DNA from: an uncultured bacterium
Lineage (GTDB): Bacteria > Oederibacteriota > Oederibacteriia > Oederibacteriales > Oederibacteriaceae
DNA: 64,000 nt
Assembly (NCBI GenBank): GCA_965112635.1
Contig: OZ218778.1
Coordinates: 2,176,001-2,240,000, forward strand
Direction: 5' to 3'
Part shown: positions 53,001 through 61,683 of the stretch, piece by piece
Layout of the letters: every line of letters begins with the position of its first letter
Position numbering within the stretch: position 1 is the first letter of the stretch
The notes under the pieces: model-generated
Told to the model about the DNA's origin: nothing
Databases searched by the model: none
What the model saw: only the letters and a program-made list of their open reading frames with translations
Made by a program: the position numbers and the translations under genes

Positions 53001-54050
53001 ATGGCTGATACATTAAAACGCTGTCTTGATGACCTGGAATCCCGGCTGGATGAAAAGGTCGAGACCCAGCTTTACACCCAATGGGTGGAATTCACGGAAA
53101 ACCAGTCCAAGAGCGAGGTTTTCGAGCCCAGGAGGCTCCAGAGGTCGGTCCCGCGGGTCGAATGGCCCAAGGTCCTTATTAACGACACCCTGGAAAACAC
53201 CGAACTCATGGCCCTGCGGGAATACAAAACCTGCTCCGACCTTTTGGAGAACGGCGAGGGTTACCTGCTGTGCGTGCGGAGCAACTACGGCACAGGCATC
53301 ATCTCCAGCCTGTTCGGGGCAGAGTTGTTTTTGCTGGATAAGGAACTGGATACGCTTCCCACGGTTAAACCCTTGGGGGACAACAAAAAGATCAGGGATC
53401 TGGTGGACAAAGGCGTGCCTGACCTGGACGCCGGTTTTGGGGCCAAGGTCATGGACATGGGACGATTTTTCAGGGATGTGGCCCAACGCTACCCCAAGAT
53501 CGGGAAATTCGTGTACCAGTACCATCCTGACCTGCAGGGGCCCATGGACAGCGCCGACCTGGTCTGGGGCAGCGACATATTCCTGGCTATTTACGACGAG
53601 CCGGACCTGCTGGACAGCTTTTTGGGGCTCATGACCGACACCTACATCAAGTTCATGAAAAAATGGCAGGAATCCTTCCAGCCCGCGGGACCTTACACCT
53701 TTCACTGGGGCTTTATGCAAAAGGGGAGCCTGATGATCCGCGAAGACTCCTGCACCAACCTTTCGCCGGATAATTACGCTCGTTTTATTAAACCTTACGA
53801 CCAGACCCTGTTGGATATTTTCAACGGCGGGTGCCTCCACTTTTGCGGTAAGGGCGACCATATGATTGGGCAGTACTCAAGCCTCAGTGGCCTCTACGGC
53901 ATCAACATGACCCAGCCGGAATACAACGACATGGAGGTCATCTACAAGAACACCGTGGACAAGGGCATCAAGCTCCTCAATTTCAAGACCGACGCGGCCC
54001 GCCTCAGCCAGGAGCAGGGACGGCCCCTCAGGGGACAAGTGCACATCTAA
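53001..54050 (+). CDS. Uroporphyrinogen decarboxylase / cobalamin methyltransferase (URO-D/CIMS) superfamily protein
   Basis: ATG after AGGAG; PDLQGPMD, DSCTNLSP..Y..F..PY, LHFCG. Confidence 0.7.
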   Translation: MADTLKRCLDDLESRLDEKVETQLYTQWVEFTENQSKSEVFEPRRLQRSVPRVEWPKVLINDTLENTELMALREYKTCSDLLENGEGYLLCVRSNYGTGIISSLFGAELFLLDKELDTLPTVKPLGDNKKIRDLVDKGVPDLDAGFGAKVMDMGRFFRDVAQRYPKIGKFVYQYHPDLQGPMDSADLVWGSDIFLAIYDEPDLLDSFLGLMTDTYIKFMKKWQESFQPAGPYTFHWGFMQKGSLMIREDSCTNLSPDNYARFIKPYDQTLLDIFNGGCLHFCGKGDHMIGQYSSLSGLYGINMTQPEYNDMEVIYKNTVDKGIKLLNFKTDAARLSQEQGRPLRGQVHI

Positions 54051-54054
54051 ACAG

Positions 54055-54150
54055 GGTCCAAAAACAGTCCAAGGTCCAAGGCCTAAAATCCAAAGCCGAA
54101 ACATCGAAAAAATTACATTGAGATTTTTAGCGCTATACTTTAAAAGTTTG
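54055..54150 (+). repeat. Second copy of the heptamer + core element (direct repeat of about 52811-52915)
   Basis: GGTCCAA/AGTCCAA heptamers; identical 27-mer TTGAGATTTTTAGCGCTATACTTTAAA at 52883-52909 and 54118-54144. Confidence 0.85.
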
Positions 54151-54184
54151 CGAGTGATTTGAAGTGCAACACACCGAGGTATAA

Positions 54185-55117
54185 ATGAATAATCAAAAAT
54201 TTAAACATAGAATTCTAATTATTTCCGGACCGACCGCGGTCGGCAAGACCAGCCTGGCCTGCGAACTGGCCGAGGAGCTCGGGGCTGAGATCATTTCGGC
54301 GGACGCTTTCCAGATCTACACCGAGCTCAACCTCGGCACGGCCAAGCCCAGCCGGGAGGAGCGGGCCCGCGTAGCGCACCATTTGCTGGACATTATTTCC
54401 TTTGACCAGCCTTTTAACGCGGCGGAGTTCAGCGCCAGGGCTTTGGTGGCCATCCGCGACATCAGTAGCCGGGGCAAGATCCCCATGCTGGTGGGCGGCA
54501 CCTATCTTTACCTGCGGGCTTTGCTGGAGGGATTTTTCCCGGCCCCAGCCGCGGACAGCGCGGTCCGTGACCGTCTCCTGGAGACCTCCAAAAAACAGGG
54601 GAATGAGGCCCTGCATCAAAAATTACAGCTCGTGGACCCCGTAGCCGCCAAGGCCATCCATGCCAACGACACTTTGAGGCTCACCCGGGCCCTGGAAGTC
54701 TATGAGATCACCGGTAAACCCATTTCCGAGCATTGGAAAAAGGGCCAAACCGCGCCCAAACCGTTGTCCGGCTTTGATATCACGGCTATCGCGTGTTTAA
54801 GGCCCCGGCAAAAGCTTTATGACCTGGCGGACCAGCGGGTGGACCGGATGATGGAGGCCGGCCTGCTGGCTGAAGTCAAAAGCCTGTGCGAAAAGGGTTT
54901 TAACGAGACCATGCAGTCTTCTTTCGCCCTGGGGTACCGGCACCTTTTGCCCGTGGCCAGGGGAAAAGGGGATTTGGGCAAGGCCGTGGAAACTTTTAAG
55001 CGGGATACCCGGCACTTTATCAAACGCCAGCTCACCTGGCTCAAAAATGAGTTCAACTTCACGCCTGTCAATCTGGATAAAACGACCAGCCATCAAGTCC
55101 TCGAGTTATTGGCCTAG
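54185..55117 (+). CDS. miaA: tRNA dimethylallyltransferase
   Basis: GPTAVGKT, ISADAFQIY..L..GTAKP, VGGTYLY, RALEV, KRQLTW. Confidence 0.97.
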   Translation: MNNQKFKHRILIISGPTAVGKTSLACELAEELGAEIISADAFQIYTELNLGTAKPSREERARVAHHLLDIISFDQPFNAAEFSARALVAIRDISSRGKIPMLVGGTYLYLRALLEGFFPAPAADSAVRDRLLETSKKQGNEALHQKLQLVDPVAAKAIHANDTLRLTRALEVYEITGKPISEHWKKGQTAPKPLSGFDITAIACLRPRQKLYDLADQRVDRMMEAGLLAEVKSLCEKGFNETMQSSFALGYRHLLPVARGKGDLGKAVETFKRDTRHFIKRQLTWLKNEFNFTPVNLDKTTSHQVLELLA

Positions 55118-55407
55118 TCCAAAAAGTCAGAAAAACCCACCTTTGGTTGCCACAAAACAGCTACATTTTAATATGCAGTTTTAAAGGAGTTAGTTGCTAA
55201 TTGCGATAGCGTGAAACTAGAAATACGCCTATTGCTAATATTTCCAATACTAAAATAATCTTCAGAAATTGCTTCAAATTTGAAAAATTTAACAAATTAA
55301 TCCACTTACGCCCATAGGTCTTACACCCGCCTCAATTTGGACACAAACGCTGTTTATCCCCTGGGAGCAGGCACGGTCAGGTATCTGGCTGTTCCCCAAA
55401 TCAGCCC

Positions 55408-56547
55408 AAAACTCTGATAGGATAAAGGTTTTACACAGATCAGGCTCTCAGCAGCCCGGAAACTCCCGAGGCTATATATATAAAGAAAGAGACTACGGCG
55501 GGAGAACAGGGTGTAGGCTGTAAAGCGATTGTGTTATAAGGGTTTTGTGTAGAATGTCCCATAGAACGGCGACAAAACTCTTATATTATAAAGGCTTTTT
55601 AAAGTTTTCCCGGGTTCTGGGCCTCAACAGGGCTTCCCAGGTTTTCTCCTTATTCTGGAACGGGAAAAATGGGCGATTTCGCATTTAAATAGGCCTAATT
55701 TGAAAAAATCCTAGAGACACATGCAATTACCCTAGCTTCAAAAAACCCAGAACGGTTAGTTTCCGCCACCTCCAACCCTGGTCAATCTCTAGCCACCGGC
55801 CCGGATCCAGCCCGGTCCAGCAGGGGAATTTAGTATGGAATAACGGAACTTAGCTGTCGTAAACAGACAGGCATCCCTGGTCAGCCCTGGAAAACCCTTA
55901 ATTCATGAGGCTTTTACAGGCCTATCGCTTTAATAAGCTGGCCCTGTCTGGACAGGAAGCAGTTGTTTCGTGGACATTTGGGGGCATAGGATAGCTTTCC
56001 AGCAGGGGGAAAGCCCTCTAAACACGAGAGTTGCTTTAAAATATATGTATTTAGGGGTTGTTTCTGCCGAATCTCCTGCAAATGCAACGGTTTTCGTATT
56101 AAATAACAATTTATTAGGTAGGCAAATCTGGGTTGTTAGAACGGGTATATCTCTCTAAGCCCTTGATTTAATGGTCCTTTTTGACGGCTGGGCCGGTTCT
56201 CCCAATACCCTGAATTCGCATCAGAATGAACTAATTTGAGAAAAAACTATGGAATTAATGAAGTTATATTGCTCTTAAAAGTGGTCTTTTTCTGGACAAA
56301 AGGCGGCAAACCAATCCTTAAAGGGACCTTAGCTGGCTACAGAAACTTAGGAAATGTCCAGGAAATAAGGTATTTCCCAGGTCAGGAACCAGGGTCCCTG
56401 ATCCACAGGGATTAAAGCCTGAAAACAGGCCAGGAAATAAGAGATTTGCAGGATGCCGCCTAAATAACAAAGCGGGATTAGGTGAAAAAAGGGAGTATGG
56501 GATGAAGAGCGGTAAAGTGCAGAAAAGGCCATAAAAACAAGGGTTTT
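55408..56547. repeat. Dispersed 25-bp pseudo-palindromes (AAAAC CCT N9 AGG GTTTT-like)
   Basis: Copies at 55408, 55522, 55574, 55891 and 56523; weaker ones at 56010 and 56156. Confidence 0.55.
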
Positions 56548-56694
56548 CGCATGAAAATGGCCCTAATTTCGAAGTTTATCGAGAATAAGGGTATATGGGT
56601 TAGGTCCGAAAAACACCATTTTCGCTTGTATTGATAAGGGGAATATACGGGCTGGGGAATAGGTAGACAAGACTCCCCAACGAGCAACAAATCT

Positions 56695-56722
56695 ATTAAA
56701 TATAATAGATATTATATGTAAC
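56695..56722 (-). other. dif-like XerCD recombination site
   Basis: Minus strand GTTACATATAA-TATCTA-TTATATTTAAT (11-6-11) vs E. coli dif GGTGCGCATAA-TGTATA-TTATGTTAAAT: 7/11 and 9/11 arm identity. Confidence 0.55.
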
Positions 56723-57289
56723 AAAATAATTATAGTTGAAGTCATTTCTTAGAAATATTAAGAATAGATTTTGTTGCAAATCCAAGCCGAAATTAAACCC
56801 TGATTTACAGACTATAATTGGCTTTGGCGGGGAATTGGGATAACTTCAGCAAATCCAATAGTTTTTGATAACCTAATTCCCAACAAACCATATTAGATAA
56901 TACCGGTTAACGCTTGCGATAACAAACAAAATAATAGTTACTTTTACTAAAACAGAAAGAGACTAGTTTTCCAAGATAGAAAGAGTAAAGCTTAGGTAAA
57001 TTAGCCTAGCTGCGAACCCTGATCCGGTTAGGTTGGCAGGGACGGTCTAGAGCCTTGGGTCAAGACCTAGGGCTGGGAGGCTGACCAGGGTCAAGGCCAA
57101 CGGCTGACCGGACCCGGCCGGCTAGGTGGCCTTGGTTGGTTCCGGGGGCTGAGGCTAGCTTGACCCCGGGGCTAACTGGAACCCAGAACCGGGAGCTTGG
57201 GGTCCAAGGATTGGAAGCCAGGGGAGCCTAAACTATCCTGCAGCTGCCTGTTAGGAACCCTTTAAAACTACCTATTATTACAACGTTTA

Positions 57290-57298
57290 TTATCCACA
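57290..57298 (+). promoter_or_regulatory. Consensus DnaA box
   Basis: TTATCCACA; a near-match TGATCCACA at 56399-56407. Confidence 0.35.
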
Positions 57299-57478
57299 AG
57301 ATTTCGCAGGTAGTTTGTTAAATAAGGGAATAAGGGTATCCTGGCCTTAGGTTTTAAATTAAAGCAAAACATTTATACCCTGACTTTAGAAGTGCTGATT
57401 CAATGCTTGTCATTACAGCGCTATTATGAACGAATAATTTAGACCCTTGTTTTTGTGTTTTCGTGTATAATCTGAACC

Positions 57479-58399
57479 ATGCAAAACATACCCAACATAC
57501 CTAAACCAACCTTAAAGTTACTCTTAACCTTGGTCGGAGTCCTTAACCTGGCCTTTATAGTTTTCCAGCTTCGAGCCTATGACATCCTGACCTGGGTAAG
57601 CCAGTCCAGCCTAGACTCGGCCTTTTATCCCTATAACACGACCCTATTACTGCGATATTTCATCAGAACCAAGGTTTTCACTCAAGTTTATTTGGTTTTT
57701 TTGGCGATTTGGATCGTCCAAATAGAAATCCAAGGTCAGGAACCCAGAACAACCGCCTGGAGGAACCTGTTCTCGGTCAAAACCTTATTTTTGTGGTTAG
57801 GGGCGGGTATAGCCCTCAAAAGCCTGGTTTGGGCGGGCATCATCTCCGCAACGCCTGTTTACGGCCATAGGCCTATGGCCAGCCTGGGAATCACTATAGA
57901 AGGTTGTTTTGTATTAGCTCTAGCCCAAATAGCCTACAGGACCTATTTTAGCTCTGCAATAGGGGCAGATAGCCCCAAACAGGTGAACCTATTGCTCAAG
58001 GTCGTCCAAAGACCAGGAAAGCTCATCCAGGTGCTTTTGGAAGAGTTCAGCCTCATCCCTCACCAGGTCTATCAACCTAGTGGGGCAAGGACCGCCCCTG
58101 AGCCGGTTCCCAGCCCCCAGTCCGCCAGCCATGCTGGCGAGACCTCTCGGCCCCCCAAACTGCCTAAGGGCCAGGTCATGGCCAATCTCATCCTGGAATT
58201 GGGCCGGTCCAAGGGGACTTTCAAGATGAGGGATTTGACCCGCACCTTCCGCAAACACCCCAACTCCATCCTGTATCATCTGAATAAACTCGTAAAAACA
58301 GGCCATCTGGCCCGCAAGGGCTCCCGCAGGGCAACAGTGTATGAGGTGAGCGTTCCTTTGGCCCCAGAGTTGCCTAAGGACCAGGTTTTGTTGGGGTGA
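57479..58399 (+). CDS. Polytopic membrane protein with Pro-rich linker and C-terminal winged helix-turn-helix
   Basis: About 4 hydrophobic segments; PEPVPSPQ...PPKLPK; LILEL.R.KGTF..RDL...F..H.NSI.YHL.KLV..G.L.RKGSRRATVYEV. Confidence 0.7.
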   Translation: MQNIPNIPKPTLKLLLTLVGVLNLAFIVFQLRAYDILTWVSQSSLDSAFYPYNTTLLLRYFIRTKVFTQVYLVFLAIWIVQIEIQGQEPRTTAWRNLFSVKTLFLWLGAGIALKSLVWAGIISATPVYGHRPMASLGITIEGCFVLALAQIAYRTYFSSAIGADSPKQVNLLLKVVQRPGKLIQVLLEEFSLIPHQVYQPSGARTAPEPVPSPQSASHAGETSRPPKLPKGQVMANLILELGRSKGTFKMRDLTRTFRKHPNSILYHLNKLVKTGHLARKGSRRATVYEVSVPLAPELPKDQVLLG

Positions 58400-58498
58400 G
58401 AGTGCCCGCGTCCAGGTCCTAGGGACGAGTGGGCAAACCGGATTTTTGAGGAGTAGAATTTGTCCAAAGCCCAGGTGCGCGGATGGGGAGATGGAAAA

Positions 58499-58918
58499 AT
58501 GAAATTATCAAAATTAGGCGACTTATTTAAAAAAAGAACGCATAGAATTTTTGCTGCCTGTTTTATTGCCACAACAATTGTTGTGCTTATTTCTGTCAAT
58601 TTTTTTAAAGCCCATAGCGACATTGCCGTTTGGTCAATCATATTCATTTTAATTGTTCAATATTTTTTAAGTTTAAGCTTCCCAAAATATTTCTGGATAT
58701 AGCCTCTTGGTGTCTTTTTGGGATGTTTTATAATTTTTGTCGGAGCGGTTTTTTTTACGTTTAAGTTCGGTCTTTCTGGAATTAGTTATCCATTTTATAT
58801 TTCATCTCTTATAGGTCTTTATTCATATGTTGCATCGCTCGGTGGATTTTTAACCAGAATAATAGCAAGTAAAATGGGTAACTTAATTTTTCGAAATAAA
58901 TTTAATAAATCAGTTTAA
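58499..58918 (+). pseudogene. Small membrane protein gene interrupted by an in-frame TAG
   Basis: ORFs 58460..58702 and 58718..58918 share a frame; the hydrophobic sequence continues across TAG 58700-58702 (FWI*PLGVFLG). Confidence 0.55.
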
Positions 58919-58932
58919 GTGATAGTTGTTAT

Positions 58933-58959
58933 CTGGATTCCCGCTTTCGCGGGAATGAC
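58933..58959. repeat. REP-like palindrome of the dRS3 type (ATTCCC-N8-GGGAAT)
   Basis: CTGGATTCCCGCTTTCGCGGGAATGAC. Confidence 0.8.
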
Positions 58960-59008
58960 AAGTGAGCCCAGGGGCGCGGATGGAGAAAAATAAAGGTAGG
59001 AGTGAGTT

Positions 59009-59878
59009 TTGAAATATTGGATGTTCGTCCTGCTTTTTGCTGTTTTCTTTTGCCCGCTCTTCGTTTGCGCGGAGTCTGTATGGTCAAAGAACGGCAAAAG
59101 CTTGTTCTATGCAGAGAAATATAAGGAAGCCTTTTATGACCTGCAACAGGCCGTAAGCCAGGGAGATGCGCAAGCCGTTGAATTAGTGGGAGTCATGTAT
59201 TTGGACGGGTTAGGAATTAAAAAGGACCCTAAGAAGGCCCTCTGGTATTACAAAAAAGGGGCCAGGCTGGGCGAGCCCTACTGTATGAATAATTTGGCAA
59301 CCATGTATTTCAACGGGATTGCTGTAAAGCGAAATGAAAAAAAAGCGTTTGAGTTGTATAAAAAGTCCGCGGACAAAGGTTGTTTTTATGCCCAAACCAA
59401 TATAGCCGATTCTTATTTAGCAGGGCATTTTGTGAAAAAAGATTATAAGAAGGCTTTGGAGTTGTTTCAAAAGGCAGCGGACCTGGGAGATAGCTACGCG
59501 CAAAGGAAAATAGGGGATATGTACATGAGGGGATGGGGCGTGCCCATAGATTACGACAAAGCCTACTCGCAGTTTTACGAAGCGTCCCAAAAGAACGACG
59601 ACATTGCCGAGCTTAACCTCGGTTTTCTTTATCATGATGGCCTTGGGGTAACGAAAAGCGCGCGGCAAGCCCTGGAATGGTTTGGCAGGTCAGTGGAACA
59701 CGGAGATGGTTTAGCCGCGAAATTTATAGGTGATATGTATGAACGCGGGGATGGTGTGAATCCGAATATGCGCGAAGCCTTGCGCTGGTATAAAAAAGCC
59801 AAAAAATTAGGTTTCGATGATGTAGGCAAAGATATCGCGCGAGTTGGTTATGCCATCGTCAAGCCTATTGGTGAGTAG
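59009..59878 (+). CDS. Secreted Sel1-repeat protein
   Basis: Signal peptide; about 6 repeats of A...LG.MY..G.GV..D..KA..WY.KAA..G. Confidence 0.92.
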   Translation: MKYWMFVLLFAVFFCPLFVCAESVWSKNGKSLFYAEKYKEAFYDLQQAVSQGDAQAVELVGVMYLDGLGIKKDPKKALWYYKKGARLGEPYCMNNLATMYFNGIAVKRNEKKAFELYKKSADKGCFYAQTNIADSYLAGHFVKKDYKKALELFQKAADLGDSYAQRKIGDMYMRGWGVPIDYDKAYSQFYEASQKNDDIAELNLGFLYHDGLGVTKSARQALEWFGRSVEHGDGLAAKFIGDMYERGDGVNPNMREALRWYKKAKKLGFDDVGKDIARVGYAIVKPIGE

Positions 59879-59991
59879 GAAAAAGGCGATCTGTCGATAA
59901 ACTCGAGGCGCGGAGGGGGAGAAGTGGAATAAATGAATAAAAACCATTTTATAGGCGGAATTTTGGTTAAGAAGGGATTAAAATTACTTAC

Positions 59992-61683
59992 ATGAGAAAA
60001 ATATTCCTACCCATATTTTTATCTTTTACTATCTTTGTTTTCTCAACGGGAACTTTGCTCGCCGAGGATGGAGCAGATGCAAAGGCCGCGCTAACGACAG
60101 GGATGAAATACTTTTATCAAAAAGATTTTGCGGATGCTTACAAATGGTTCAAGATAGCGGCTGACCAGGACAACAGCGATGCAGAAAGGGTCCTGGGCTT
60201 TTTGTATCAATACGGCCTGGGCGTGGATAAAGATTACCAAAAGGCATTTGAATACACAGAAAAATCAGCGATGCAGGGCAATGCGTTGGGAGAGAGCGCT
60301 CTGGGTTCCTTGTATGAGGTTGGTATGGGTGTAAAACAGGACCAGGGAAAGGCGTTCGAATGGTTCAAAAAATCCGCGGAGCAAGGCAACAGTACGGGCC
60401 AAGCCTATTTGGGTTTCTTTTATTTTAACGGGGTGGGGGTGGCGCAGGATTATGTCAAAGCGCTGGAATGGTTCAAAAAATCCGCGGAGCAAGGCGATGC
60501 CTCGGGCGAATGCGGCCTGGGGATGATGTATGGGAACGGTCTGGGCGGAGTTCCCAAAGACATGGCCAAAGCTTTTGAATGGACGATGAAATCCGCGAAT
60601 CAGGGAAGCATGGACGGGGAGTGCAACCTGGGTTTAATGTTCCAAAATGGCCTGGGTGTGGAAAAGGATTATTTAAAAGCGTTGGCTATGTTTACCAAAG
60701 CCGCCAAGGATGGCAATGTAAACGCGATCTATTACCTGGCTGGCATGTATGAAAACGGCCAGGGTACTACCGTGGATATGGAGCTGGCCAAGAAGCTGTA
60801 CCAGGCGGCGGCACAGAAGGGCAACAGTTTGGCCGAAGACGCTTTGCAAAGACTGGAGCATGCTGCGTCCACCCCGGGCCAAATCACCTATCCTGATTCG
60901 GATGTGGACAGCCAAATCCCTTCCGGCGGGGACAAAAACCCGGACGGGGTGGCCGTTGTCCTGGGAGTGCGGGACTACGATGAAAAAGACGTGCCCGCCG
61001 TGGACTATGCCATCCATGACGCCATGACTTTCAGGACATACCTAGTCAGGACCCTGGGATTCAAAGAGGACAACATCCTTTATTATGAAAATCCCAGCAA
61101 AGGAAAGCTGGAGGCCATCTTTGGCACGGAGACCAACCCCCAGGGTAAACTGGCGGATTGGGTCAAGCCGGGAAAGTCTCCGGTTTTCGTTTACTACGTT
61201 GGGCACGGCATACCCAGCCTGGAGGATGGCCGGGCTTATTTAGCCCCGGCGGATTGTGACCCGTCCAAGATAGCGTTGACAGGATATCCCCTTAATACTT
61301 TTTACAAAAATTTAGCGCGCCTCAAGGCCGTATCGGTCACCGTGGTCATCGATGCCTGTTTTAGCGGAGGGTCGAACAAAGGTACCTTGGTCAAAGGGGC
61401 TAGTCCTTTGGTCCTGTCGTCAAAGGCCGGCGGGATAGTTCCCAAAGGGATAGAGGTTTTTACGGCCAGCGAACCGGACCAGGTGGCTTCGTGGTATGCC
61501 GATAAGAGTCACGGCTTGTTCACCTATTTTTTCCTGAAAGGCCTTCAGCAAGGCATCAAGACCTGCGGGGATATGGACCATTACTTGAAAGAGCAGATCC
61601 CCCCCCTGGCGCGCCGGTTGTACGGGGACCGCCACCAGATGCCCTTCTTCACCGGCAACGCGGACAGGAACATAAAACCATGA
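59992..61683 (+). CDS. Secreted Sel1-repeat + caspase-family (peptidase C14) protein
   Basis: Signal peptide; about 7 Sel1 repeats; AVVLGV.DY, YA..DA, YYVGHG (His), IDACFSG (Cys), HGLFTY. Confidence 0.9.
   Translation: MRKIFLPIFLSFTIFVFSTGTLLAEDGADAKAALTTGMKYFYQKDFADAYKWFKIAADQDNSDAERVLGFLYQYGLGVDKDYQKAFEYTEKSAMQGNALGESALGSLYEVGMGVKQDQGKAFEWFKKSAEQGNSTGQAYLGFFYFNGVGVAQDYVKALEWFKKSAEQGDASGECGLGMMYGNGLGGVPKDMAKAFEWTMKSANQGSMDGECNLGLMFQNGLGVEKDYLKALAMFTKAAKDGNVNAIYYLAGMYENGQGTTVDMELAKKLYQAAAQKGNSLAEDALQRLEHAASTPGQITYPDSDVDSQIPSGGDKNPDGVAVVLGVRDYDEKDVPAVDYAIHDAMTFRTYLVRTLGFKEDNILYYENPSKGKLEAIFGTETNPQGKLADWVKPGKSPVFVYYVGHGIPSLEDGRAYLAPADCDPSKIALTGYPLNTFYKNLARLKAVSVTVVIDACFSGGSNKGTLVKGASPLVLSSKAGGIVPKGIEVFTASEPDQVASWYADKSHGLFTYFFLKGLQQGIKTCGDMDHYLKEQIPPLARRLYGDRHQMPFFTGNADRNIKP

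Noticed and set aside
53013-53861. 282-aa antisense ORF
   Set aside because: Fully overlaps the URO-D-like gene, which has an RBS and family motifs.
55118-57478. CRISPR array, tRNA, tmRNA, RNase P or real small CDSs (55970, 56347, 56478, 56563) in the gene desert
   Set aside because: No regularly spaced identical repeats, no RNA hallmark motifs seen, and the short ORFs lack motifs or convincing starts.
55118-57478. Region as oriC
   Set aside because: Only one perfect DnaA box and no dnaA/dnaN nearby. Upstream genes point toward the region and the + strand looks G-rich even over minus-strand genes, which fits a terminus better. Not fully excluded without genome-wide skew.
58915-59097. 60-aa minus-strand ORF
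   Set aside because: Contains VIPAKAGIQ, the translation of the REP palindrome, and overlaps the Sel1 gene start.
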